Of a stretch of 64,000 nucleotides of DNA, positions 18,830 to 27,705 are shown one piece after another. Below the pieces are notes generated by a model, which saw nothing but the letters and a program-made list of their open reading frames with translations, was not told where the DNA came from and did no database searches. Position numbers and translations under genes: made by a program. Source of the stretch: an uncultured Candidatus Saccharibacteria bacterium (GTDB taxonomy: Bacteria > Patescibacteriota > Doudnabacteria > UBA920); contig CAZBAS010000001.1 of the NCBI GenBank assembly GCA_964490395.1, positions 83,815-147,814 on the forward strand. The letters are read 5' to 3'. Each line of letters starts with the position of its first letter. Positions within the stretch are counted from its first letter, which is position 1.

Positions 18830-21577
18830 TTATGCGACAGGCCATTTGGAGATGAGGAGTGGGTCTCCAGAGGAGCGAAGTCCTCGTTCTGTCATGAGGT
18901 TGGTAATATGCTCAGTTATAAATGGCATAAACGGATGCAGTATGTGGAGTATCGCGAGCAATGAGTGCAGCAGTATTTTCTGCGTATTCTCTTTTTGCTC
19001 ACTATTCGCCAACTGTGCTTTTGATGCTTCTATGTAGACATCTGCAAATTCATACCACACAAATTGGTACATGGCCTGGGCAGCTTCGTGCAGCCTAAAT
19101 TCTTCCAGGTGCTCAGTGGCTTCGGCTATGACTATATGCAATTTGCTTAGTATATCCCTATCTGCATCTGTAAGGGGCATTGGCTCTTCGCTTTCCACTA
19201 CCAACTTCCCATTTTCCACTTCTAGGTTTGTCATTACAAACCTGGCTATATTCCACACTTTGTTGGCAAAGTGCTTCATGCCTTTTACTTTTTGTTCATC
19301 AAAGGCTACGTCGTTGCCCGGTCCGCCTCCGTAGGTAAGCGCCATGCGCAGGGCATCGGTTCCGTACTTGGCTATCATGTCGAGTGGGTCAATGCCATTG
19401 TTTAACGACTTGCTAAACTTTCTACCTTGGCCATCTCGTACCATACCGTGCAGCATAACTTGTTTGAAGGGTATTTGCCCGGTTAGGGTAGTCGACATAA
19501 GAATCATGCGTGCAACCCAGAAGAAAAGTATTTCGTATCCTGGAACTACTACGTTGGTTGGATGGAACTGTTTAAAGTCCATTGTTTCGTTGGGCCAGCC
19601 GAGTGTGGAAAATGTCCACAGACCGGAGGAGAACCACGTATCAAAAGTGTCCGGGTCTTGTTCTAAGTTCTCGCCGAAAGGATCTTGAGTAACAATGAGT
19701 GAAGTGAATGACGCGTTAGGAATATTTCCAAGTTTTGTACGGTAGGCTACATACTGCTCTTTCTTTTTACCTTCTAGCCCTGCCATGAGTACGGCGTTAA
19801 AACCCCCGTGGGCAACTACAAGTATCGCGCCATCAGTTTGAAGAGTTTGTAGGTTGGTAATAGTTTTTTGTACACGTTCTTCTATGCTTGCGAGGCTTTC
19901 CCCGGTACCTTCTTTTTGTGCTTGGGCAAACCCGTGTAGGTTCGCATCTTCTGCTTTGCCCATGAGGCTCCCTACATGGATTTCGCTAACTTCATCCCAA
20001 TATTCTATTTCACTTTCAGCAATGCCAAGCTCGAGCGCCACAATGCGCGCTGTTTCTTGCGATCGGCCAAGGTTAGAGGCAATAATTTTTGTGATGTTTT
20101 TGTTGCGTAAGTTGTCTGCCAGTTGCTTCGCCTGGTCTTTCCCAAGTTCAGTTAGGCGCGATTCTGGGCGAGCCAAAATATTCGCGGCATTGTCTTCACA
20201 TTGCGCATGTCGTGCTAAATACACCTGTTGTTCTTTTGGCAAGTGATGGTTGCCTTCCGGGTCGTACCAAACTGGTATCCGGTGACCGAACCAAATTTGG
20301 CGCGATATGCACCAGTCTCTCAGACCGTCTATCCAGTGGTAATAAATCTTTTCAAATCGTTCGGGTAAAATGGTTATAGCACCGCTTTCTACCACATGGC
20401 GCATAAGGCGTTTTAAAGTAACTATATCGCCAGATTGTATGCCGTTAATTTCAGAGTGGGGGAGCGCAAATTCGCGATTAACATCCACAAACCACTGCTT
20501 TTTTATTTGTGGTTCAACAGTACCGCCGCCTCGAGAATTGGTTGCTATACGATGAGCGTATGCCTCGTCTATCTTTTCTACGAGACCCTTTGCTTGCAGC
20601 TTTTCTATTACCAGCGGACGGGCTTTTTTAATGTGTACACCTGCGAGGTCGCCGGCAATAGGGAGGAGCTTTCCTTTATCGTCAATTATTTGTTCGTAGT
20701 CTAGACCGTGACGTTTCGCAATGTCGAAGTCTGTGGCATCGTGCCATGGCGTTATGGTCATAACACCAGTGCCGAAGTCCATATCTATGGCTTCGTCTTT
20801 AATAACAGTTGCGGTTACTGGTCCATTAATCCACTCAAGCTCTATTTTGTCGCCGTGCTTCCACTGTTCGTAACGGGCGTCTGCTGGATGCATAACCACG
20901 TACTTATCGCCAAATTTTGTTTCGGGTCTGGCCGTACCTATGGTAAATGGTCCATATTTAAGATAGTAGAATGGTGTTGTTTCTTCTTTCCACTCTATTT
21001 CATCATCAGAAATAGTTGTTTGCAGTTTTGGGTCCCAGTTCACAATGCGCGAACCTTGGTAGATAAGCCCGAGTTCGTACATGCGGCGAAATGCAGTTTT
21101 CACTGCGCGATTGCGGGTAGCGTCTGCTGTATAAGCTTCCCTGGACCAGTCTACTGAAGCACCCATTTTTTTTACCTGTCCCACTATGGTGTCGTGGCTC
21201 GCTTCAGCAAACTCCTCAATGCGTCTAACCAACTCTTCGCGGCCAATGTCGTATCTGGTCCTTTCTTCCTTTTTGTAAATTTCGCTCTCCACTTTTGCTT
21301 GCGTAGCTATACCGGCGTGGTCTGTACCGGGGAGCCATAGGGCCCGGTGGCCTTGCATGCGCTTAAAACGTACCAAAACATCCTGCACGGTATCTTCGAA
21401 CGCGTGACCCATGTGTAGTGTTCCAGTTACATTCGGCGGCGGGAGGATTATGTTGTACTTAGGCGCATCTTTTTCTATTGGCAAGTTGTCCGGATTAAAA
21501 TATCCGGAGTCGAGCCATTGTTGGTAGATTGCATCTTCTACCGCTGCGGAGTCATAAGACTTTGGAAGTTCTTCCAT
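18830..21577 (-). CDS. valS: Valine--tRNA ligase carrying an internal histidine-phosphatase (PGM-like) domain insertion
   Basis: HIGH motif (PPNVTGTLHMGHAF), CP1 editing domain (TARPET), WFGHRIP, DTWFSS and KMSKS (KFSKS) motifs. About 190 aa are inserted between WGHRIP and DTWFSS. Confidence 0.9.
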   Translation of the reverse strand: MEELPKSYDSAAVEDAIYQQWLDSGYFNPDNLPIEKDAPKYNIILPPPNVTGTLHMGHAFEDTVQDVLVRFKRMQGHRALWLPGTDHAGIATQAKVESEIYKKEERTRYDIGREELVRRIEEFAEASHDTIVGQVKKMGASVDWSREAYTADATRNRAVKTAFRRMYELGLIYQGSRIVNWDPKLQTTISDDEIEWKEETTPFYYLKYGPFTIGTARPETKFGDKYVVMHPADARYEQWKHGDKIELEWINGPVTATVIKDEAIDMDFGTGVMTITPWHDATDFDIAKRHGLDYEQIIDDKGKLLPIAGDLAGVHIKKARPLVIEKLQAKGLVEKIDEAYAHRIATNSRGGGTVEPQIKKQWFVDVNREFALPHSEINGIQSGDIVTLKRLMRHVVESGAITILPERFEKIYYHWIDGLRDWCISRQIWFGHRIPVWYDPEGNHHLPKEQQVYLARHAQCEDNAANILARPESRLTELGKDQAKQLADNLRNKNITKIIASNLGRSQETARIVALELGIAESEIEYWDEVSEIHVGSLMGKAEDANLHGFAQAQKEGTGESLASIEERVQKTITNLQTLQTDGAILVVAHGGFNAVLMAGLEGKKKEQYVAYRTKLGNIPNASFTSLIVTQDPFGENLEQDPDTFDTWFSSGLWTFSTLGWPNETMDFKQFHPTNVVVPGYEILFFWVARMILMSTTLTGQIPFKQVMLHGMVRDGQGRKFSKSLNNGIDPLDMIAKYGTDALRMALTYGGGPGNDVAFDEQKVKGMKHFANKVWNIARFVMTNLEVENGKLVVESEEPMPLTDADRDILSKLHIVIAEATEHLEEFRLHEAAQAMYQFVWYEFADVYIEASKAQLANSEQKENTQKILLHSLLAILHILHPFMPFITEHITNLMTERGLRSSGDPLLISKWPVA
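19660..20230 (-). other. Inserted histidine phosphatase superfamily (phosphoglycerate-mutase-like) domain within valS (residues about 450-640)
   Basis: LARHAQ (RHG-like), LTELGKDQAKQLADNL, SNLGRSQETARIV and LVVAHGGFNAV motifs occur in the canonical PGM-family order. E. coli ValRS has only about 30 aa in this position. Confidence 0.6.
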
Positions 21578-21732
21578 AAAATAAAAACACTTACTAATTA
21601 AGTGTTCAAGAGCCCCAATATATATTAGGACGGTACCATCTTGATTGCCCGGGTTATTCGCCCAGGTGCTTGGTTTATCTTTGGTAACGAAGTAGCTCTC
21701 CGGCGAGGTCTAATGGCCGGCGTAGGAGGCTA

Positions 21733-21870
21733 GTTGAAAGTTCTTGCAGTTCTTAAAGTTTTTAAAGTATGACTACTTTATAACTTTATAAACTTTCTGC
21801 TTTACGAACTAGCCGCTGTGCGGCGTTCTTCTCGCGCCCGCCTGCTATTTGTAGTAGGCATTGCAGTGAC
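21733..21870 (-). repeat. Inverted paralogue of the rpoB 3' end and rpoB-rpoC intergenic element, located upstream of valS
   Basis: The reverse complement contains gctagttcgtaaag, ataaagtag and actttaa.aactttaagaac in the same order as 7861..7945, preceded by a degenerate match to the last codons of rpoB. Confidence 0.5.
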
Positions 21871-21997
21871 AGCTGCAAAAGGGCTTTATAAACTGGGTTT
21901 ATTATACGTAGCAACCCATGTTTTGTAAAGCGCTCTACACGAAACATTGCCTTCGTATTTTGCGTTATACTATATATACAATCATTATCCTTATTCT

Positions 21998-24733
21998 ATG
22001 AAACGACTCTCTTTTATTGTCTGTGCTGTGCTTGTCCTACTCTCTACAGTGGCGCCAGCATATGCGGCAGATATTGCAGTGGTGGATCCTGCGTACTACG
22101 GGTCCGTGCTTACCATAACTAGCCAAGCAAAAACATTAACCGGAACAGTAGGACAGTTTTTTTCTGCTGGCTTTCAGGTGAATGGTGGTAACCCCACGTA
22201 CAACTGGCAAGTAGATCCAGCATTGCCCGCAGGGTTGTCGCTATCGGTGTCGCCCGATGCGTACACGAACTGCATTTCTAACAATACTACTTCCGACGTT
22301 ACTACCTCTCGGTGTCCCGGTGCATATACCTCCGGTCAAAACATTGTTATTTCAGGAACGCCAACTCAGGCAGGGACAAGTGTTGTAAAGTTTATTGTTG
22401 CCGATTCTGCAGCACACAAAACAGCTGCTAGCTTCACCTTTACTATGCAGCAGTCTGGCGGCGCGTCCTCGCGGGGCATTACTGTTTCATCTCCAACCGG
22501 TGGGGAAGTCTGGGCTCTTGGCTCTACTCATACCATAACGTGGACCGATGAGACTGGTTCCAGCATGAATCGCAGCGTGTACATTGCTCTTGAACCGTAT
22601 ATTGCGTGTCTCTATGGGAATCCTCCTTGTGCAATAATGCAGATTGCGCCTTATGTTATAGCAAGCAGCGCACCTGGTACTGGTAGTTTTACCTGGACCG
22701 TACCCACAGACTTGGCCTCACGGTATCAAACAGCGGCGCGGGTTATTATTTCTACCTCCGATGGAGCACTGAGCGGGAGTAGCGCGGTGTTTAGCATTGC
22801 CCGCACTGGTTCCGAAACCGTGGTCAAAACAGGCTATGTAGATGGGGCATCGAGCGCAAAAGTCTCGGGCTGGGCATATGACCAGTCCGCACAACCAACC
22901 TGCGTCACTATTTCCTATCAGCGCTTGTACACAATAAATGCGAAGACCGATGTATACCTCCAACCTACTCAGCAGGTATGCCCGAGCGTAAACCGTACCG
23001 ACGCGGAAGCGTGGCTTCGCAGCACATACGGCACTGGCTTAAATATTTCTCAGCCACTTGGCTTTGCTGTAGATCCTTCTACGGTCTTATCCGCGGGCAC
23101 CTATATGGTGCAGTCAGTAACGCTTGCACAATCGGGCGTGGCTCTGCAATTGTCCGATGCTGCAAAGGCAAGCTTTACCATTGGTACTGTTTCTACAAAT
23201 CCTCTCACGCTTACTGCCGATAGCAGCCTTACTGGTTCACTAGGACAGCAGTTCAGCGCTGGGTTTTCAGTAAATGGCGGCAGCGTGCCTTATCAGTCAT
23301 GGCAAATTACTTCAGGTGTTCTGCCTTCCGGTCTTGCGCTCTCATTTCCTGCGTTTAATTGTTTTGTAGCACCGTGCATTGCCCCGAAAGACACGGCCTA
23401 TATCTCAGGCACTCCCACTACAAATGGTAATTATCCATTTACTCTAAAGGTCACCGATTCCGCTGGCCGCACCGTTGAGCAAGCGTTTACCATAGCTATT
23501 GGCACCTCAGGAACCAAAACCATTACAGTTACTGCAGATGGTGCTTTGCAGGGAGTGGTTGGTACCGCGCTTTCGGTAAGCTTTAGTGGTGCAAACGGTA
23601 CAGCGCCATACACACTACAACTCGATGGCGGCATTGTTCCACCAGGGATGGTCTTTACCACCGCAGTTCCTGCGTGTGCTCAGCCAGCAGACGGAAGCAG
23701 AGTAACTTGCCCTACGGCACTCTATATGTTGACTGGTACCCCAACTGTCGCTGGTATATATACCTTTACCGTTTCTGCTCGTGATGCTGTTGGAAACAAA
23801 GGTAGTCAGAACTTTAAAATGGTTATTACCAACACCGCTGTAGGAAGGTCCCTTACCGTTACTGCTCCACAAAAGGATGAAGTACTCACCAGGGGGCAGT
23901 TCTACACTATACGCTGGACACCGTCTACACCAGGTTCTACGGTTTCCATTTCCGCTAGTAGATACATTGCATGTTTGCACAACGATACCTATGTATGCGC
24001 AGTGGCACAGCCTGCACCCGTCGGCATTGTTTCTGCTGCACCAGATGCTGGTGCGTTCATATGGAATATCCCAGGAGATTTTGGAGTAACGGGCATTGCG
24101 AGTATTGTGGTAACGAACTCAACTAGCGGTATGAGCGGTGAAAGTGCTCCGTTCCAGATTTCTGATAAATCCACTACCGGGTGTGCTTTCACTTCTGGCC
24201 AGCTGGTGGTTGGTGCTGTGGGTACGGTATTTATTATTACTGCTGACTGTACCAAATACGGCTTTACTTCATACCAGGACTTTATTAGTCGCGGCTATAA
24301 GTTCAGCCAGGTAGTCCGAGTGGACCAAAGCAAGCTTGATGGTATTCGTTCGGTAGATACCTTGCCCCGTGTTGCTGGCATTACGTTTAAGTACGAAGGT
24401 AAGCCCGCAGTATATTACTTAAACGCTTCACAGTGTAAAGAGCTGTACCCAAGCCTTGCCACGCTTCGTGCGTGGAAGTTGGACATACGAGACATTGTAA
24501 CCATTGCCACCTCTGAGCAGTATCCAGATTGCACCCCTAGCTATGTTCGCCTTCCAGAAAACACGCCAGTGCGGGCGAGCGGCGATGGTACTATTTATGT
24601 TATTCGCACAGGTACTCGGTATCCGTTCGGCAACCTCGGCGCATTCTACCGGGCTGGGTTCTCCTTTAAGCAAGTTGTGGTTATCCCTACCTCCGAGCTC
24701 GGACTGTACCCTCTCGGCGGTATCTTAGAATAG
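21998..24733 (+). CDS. Large secreted surface protein with repeated Ig-like (putative-Ig/cadherin-like) and Kre9-like domains
   Basis: Signal peptide MKRLSFIVCAVLVLLSTVAPAYA. Repeats GxxGQxFSAGFxVNGG..Y.WQ...LP.GL and P.GGEVW..G..H.I.W are present, and the sequence is Thr/Ser/Gly-rich. The track start at 21947 is probably too long. Confidence 0.65.
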   Translation: MKRLSFIVCAVLVLLSTVAPAYAADIAVVDPAYYGSVLTITSQAKTLTGTVGQFFSAGFQVNGGNPTYNWQVDPALPAGLSLSVSPDAYTNCISNNTTSDVTTSRCPGAYTSGQNIVISGTPTQAGTSVVKFIVADSAAHKTAASFTFTMQQSGGASSRGITVSSPTGGEVWALGSTHTITWTDETGSSMNRSVYIALEPYIACLYGNPPCAIMQIAPYVIASSAPGTGSFTWTVPTDLASRYQTAARVIISTSDGALSGSSAVFSIARTGSETVVKTGYVDGASSAKVSGWAYDQSAQPTCVTISYQRLYTINAKTDVYLQPTQQVCPSVNRTDAEAWLRSTYGTGLNISQPLGFAVDPSTVLSAGTYMVQSVTLAQSGVALQLSDAAKASFTIGTVSTNPLTLTADSSLTGSLGQQFSAGFSVNGGSVPYQSWQITSGVLPSGLALSFPAFNCFVAPCIAPKDTAYISGTPTTNGNYPFTLKVTDSAGRTVEQAFTIAIGTSGTKTITVTADGALQGVVGTALSVSFSGANGTAPYTLQLDGGIVPPGMVFTTAVPACAQPADGSRVTCPTALYMLTGTPTVAGIYTFTVSARDAVGNKGSQNFKMVITNTAVGRSLTVTAPQKDEVLTRGQFYTIRWTPSTPGSTVSISASRYIACLHNDTYVCAVAQPAPVGIVSAAPDAGAFIWNIPGDFGVTGIASIVVTNSTSGMSGESAPFQISDKSTTGCAFTSGQLVVGAVGTVFIITADCTKYGFTSYQDFISRGYKFSQVVRVDQSKLDGIRSVDTLPRVAGITFKYEGKPAVYYLNASQCKELYPSLATLRAWKLDIRDIVTIATSEQYPDCTPSYVRLPENTPVRASGDGTIYVIRTGTRYPFGNLGAFYRAGFSFKQVVVIPTSELGLYPLGGILE

Positions 24734-24745
24734 CGCAATTGAAAT

Positions 24746-24777
24746 AAAAAACCGGTGGTATGCCCACCGGTTTTTTG
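24746..24777 (+). terminator. Rho-independent terminator (aaccggtgg-tatgc-ccaccggtttttt)
   Basis: Perfect 9-bp stem plus a T-run, after the surface-protein gene. Confidence 0.8.
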
Positions 24778-24872
24778 TCCGTATTATAGTACTGTATCCT
24801 AAGAGTGTGCCATGCCAAGTGTTTTCTGTGGTGTGGGCAATAATAAGTGTGGCCACAGGGTTCGATGAGGAG

Positions 24873-25706
24873 CTAGCGGGGTTTCTTCTGGCCGTTAGTA
24901 GGGTCTTCATGTAAATATACTTCACCAAGGTGTTTGGCGCCTTCCCAGGCTAGTCTGAAAATGGCGAGTTGGTCTTCGTATATACTCTTGCTTTCTATAA
25001 TTACGCCAACGTATTCTTGAGCCAGTGATATTATAGAAAATTTATTTTTGTATATTGTTATATCGTTTACGTAAGGAAAGATGCTCGGCGGTACCACTGC
25101 AATATCAAGTAGTCTTTTCTGACGTTCGCGAATTAATTTTTCTATGAGTGGCGAATCTGCAACTATCGCTTTGTTATAAATACCGTGGCTTACCCTATTG
25201 TCTACATGCCCCTCTTTTTCTGAAACGTAACCAGAAAAAGCCTTTTCAAGATTGTCCACGTGCGAATAGCTATAGGTTGTTCCGCCATCTGCGAGTGTTT
25301 CTATTATGTCCCTGTTCATTTGCCGCATTCCGTCTATACCCTCAAAAAATCTAACCTTAGGAGTAGGGGATGAATTTTTGTATAGCAGGTTGAGCTCTGG
25401 CAGTAGTTCCTCATACTTTATCTCAGCTTTCCGAACAGCTCTTCTCTGGTCAGTAATTAAATCTTTAATATGCTTTGGGTTGAGAGCTTGCAGGCGTTGC
25501 TTCTTATTTTTTAGTAAATCGGTTATGAGCCCTTTTTTCTTCAACGATGCCACTAGGGGGTATAAGGCAACTCGATGGATCCCTGTTTTAACGGCCAGCT
25601 CCGCTATACTAATGTCATCGACCATGAGTGTGGCGCTATATACTTTAACCTCATTGCCACTGAGCCCAAGAGTCTTTAAGAATGATGAGAGAGTGTTAGA
25701 TATCAT
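24873..25706 (-). CDS. TrmB-family HTH transcriptional regulator
   Basis: LGLSGNEVKVYSATLMVDDISIAELAVKTGIHRVALYPLVASLKKKGLI. This is the third TrmB paralogue in the window. Confidence 0.7.
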   Translation of the reverse strand: MISNTLSSFLKTLGLSGNEVKVYSATLMVDDISIAELAVKTGIHRVALYPLVASLKKKGLITDLLKNKKQRLQALNPKHIKDLITDQRRAVRKAEIKYEELLPELNLLYKNSSPTPKVRFFEGIDGMRQMNRDIIETLADGGTTYSYSHVDNLEKAFSGYVSEKEGHVDNRVSHGIYNKAIVADSPLIEKLIRERQKRLLDIAVVPPSIFPYVNDITIYKNKFSIISLAQEYVGVIIESKSIYEDQLAIFRLAWEGAKHLGEVYLHEDPTNGQKKPR

Positions 25707-26031
25707 AATCGTATAAATGTAATAATATTATATTACAATATTGCCCATGTCAATATAATGCTTAAATATGGGTTATATAGCTATTGTGGCTCGTTATGGC
25801 CAAGATTTTTTACATGTTTGTAATATGACTATATTATGTATACGAAAAGTAAAATACATGTAAGTTGTATTGGAAGTATTGTGTGTGAGTGACTGGGTTA
25901 GCCTCTTGTCACTTTCTCGCAAGCGCTGCTCATAACCTTCGGGTGAAGGTTATAGGCTAGAACAGCGCCTACCTAAACGAAAGGGTTCCGTACCAACAAG
26001 GCGGAATGAGAAAGTAGACCGGAGGATGCAT

Positions 26032-26244
26032 ATGACCAAAGAAGAGTTCATGACAAAGTATAGAAACCGAACAACTTTTAGTGATGAGCAGGGGGCTACT
26101 ATCTCTGCTGCGGATCGTCCGCATGCGGACGAGATAGAACGAGAGGCGAGAAATGTTCGTGAGTGTAAAACAGCGAATGTAGTACCTCATGCTAACTGGA
26201 AAGACTATTCTGTTAGCATTATGTGGAAGCGCAAAACACAATAG
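26032..26244 (+). CDS. Hypothetical small protein (70 aa)
   Basis: The Shine-Dalgarno sequence ggagg lies 6 nt upstream of the ATG at 26032, downstream of a structured GC-rich leader. There are no recognisable motifs. Confidence 0.3.
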   Translation: MTKEEFMTKYRNRTTFSDEQGATISAADRPHADEIEREARNVRECKTANVVPHANWKDYSVSIMWKRKTQ

Positions 26245-26386
26245 GATAGTTGGGGCGAATGGTAGGGCTATACTACCTCTTCAATTTCATCGCCGTGTTG
26301 ATATTAAATCGGTCCTTAAACAGTTTGCTAAAAAAGCAAAAAGAGCCTTGGACCAGCTCTTTTTTCTTAGCGATTATATACAAACA

Positions 26387-26430
26387 ATGTGCTACATTTA
26401 GACGGCCGTCTAAATGTAGCACATATTTTA
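26387..26430. terminator. Perfect 19-bp palindrome (atgtgctacatttagacgg/ccgtctaaatgtagcacat), a bidirectional terminator
   Basis: It lies between the convergent small plus-strand ORF and tsaD and is followed by an A/T-rich tract. Confidence 0.65.
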
Positions 26431-26440
26431 AATTGTCATT

Positions 26441-27631
26441 TTATTCAAGTTCCCAGTTGCTGTCAGCGGTGACTTTTGTGTAGTCAACGGGTTTGTAGCC
26501 GGCGCGGAGTTTGAAGTAGGCGGCAAGGGCTATCATTTCTGCGTTGTCAGTACAGAGGCGGAAGTCAGGAACGATAAAGTCAGCTCCTAGCTTCAAGCTG
26601 CTAGCGGCTAATGCAGAGCGCAGGCGTTTGTTTGCAGCTACTCCACCAGAGAGGGAAATGGTCTTGCAGTTGTATTGTTTGGCTGCGCGCATGGTTTTGG
26701 TTACGAGTACATCTACTACCGCTTCTTCGAACGACCTGGCAAGGTTTGCCTTGTCTTTTTCTGATATGTGACCAAAGCTCTGGTTGTGGAGGTTTTTCTT
26801 ATTATCCTTTGCCCCTTTTGGTGTAGGGTGTTGTTCTCGCAAATAGTAAAACACTGCTGTCTTAAGTCCCGAAAAAGAGAAGTCGTAACTCTTGTCATGG
26901 ATCATTGGCCTTGGCAGTTGCGCTATTGCTTCGCCCTGCTCTGCAAGCTTGCTTATTTGCGGTCCACCTGGGTAGGGAAGTTCAAGAAGCTTTGCTACTT
27001 TGTCGAACGCCTCACCTGCAGCGTCGTCCACTGTATCCCCGAGCGCCTTATAGTGGCTTTCATTTTTTTGCACCACTAGGGTGGTGTGCTTTCCGCTTAC
27101 TATTAACGACAGTATAGGAAATGCAACCTTCGGCGTATACATCTTTGCCTTTGTTTTGTCTTCTCTTTCATTAGAAATTAGATATTTGACATTAGGCATT
27201 GATTCCCCGAAAGGGGAATATAAATGTCCTTCCATGTGGTTTGTTGCAATGAGTGGAATGCCTGTGGCAAACGACAGAGCTTTTGCAAACTCTACGCCCA
27301 CAAGTAAAGAAGGCATAAGTCCGGGGCCGGAGGTCACGGCAATATAATCAACATAAGCTTGTAGGTTGTAGCTGGTAGCTTGTAGGTTGGGAAACGCATC
27401 ACTTAAGGCTTTTTCAACAACGGGGCGGATGGCCTTTACGTGGGCGCGGGCTGCCACTTCCGGAACCACGCCACCAAATTTACTATGAATTTTAATTTGC
27501 GAGCGAACTACATTTGAAAGTGCTTTGAACGATGGTTGCTTAGCATCTACTATTCCGCGCACAACAGACGCAGCGGTTTCGTCGCAGCTGGTTTCTATAG
27601 CTAAAATTGTCACTGGTTTTTTTGAGGCCAT
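26441..27631 (-). CDS. tsaD: tRNA N6-adenosine threonylcarbamoyltransferase TsaD (Kae1/Gcp family)
   Basis: MASKKPVTILAIETSCDETAASVV followed by the ASKHA fold. It is long (396 aa) and contains a 7-aa tandem duplication (YNLQA..). Confidence 0.9.
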   Translation of the reverse strand: MASKKPVTILAIETSCDETAASVVRGIVDAKQPSFKALSNVVRSQIKIHSKFGGVVPEVAARAHVKAIRPVVEKALSDAFPNLQATSYNLQAYVDYIAVTSGPGLMPSLLVGVEFAKALSFATGIPLIATNHMEGHLYSPFGESMPNVKYLISNEREDKTKAKMYTPKVAFPILSLIVSGKHTTLVVQKNESHYKALGDTVDDAAGEAFDKVAKLLELPYPGGPQISKLAEQGEAIAQLPRPMIHDKSYDFSFSGLKTAVFYYLREQHPTPKGAKDNKKNLHNQSFGHISEKDKANLARSFEEAVVDVLVTKTMRAAKQYNCKTISLSGGVAANKRLRSALAASSLKLGADFIVPDFRLCTDNAEMIALAAYFKLRAGYKPVDYTKVTADSNWELE

Positions 27632-27705
27632 ATAGTAGATATTTTATAGGAATGCTAGTGTATAGGCAATTGTTTCACCATGCGGTTCTAAGATACAATA
27701 CCTAC

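Noticed and set aside
21640-21700. T-box-riboswitch-like sequence (caagAUGGUACCGUCC, close to the T-box core GGUGGUACCGCG) in the valS leader. Downstream helices caaga/ucuug and gucc/gggg could form an antiterminator-like structure, and a hairpin plus U-run abuts the start codon.
   Set aside because: No GUN-A valine specifier could be placed in the 3' side of any internal loop of the upstream long hairpin. The candidate terminator does not clearly compete with the antiterminator. The same upstream hairpin element also occurs before rpoC. This is probably a chance resemblance. An Rfam T-box search would settle it.
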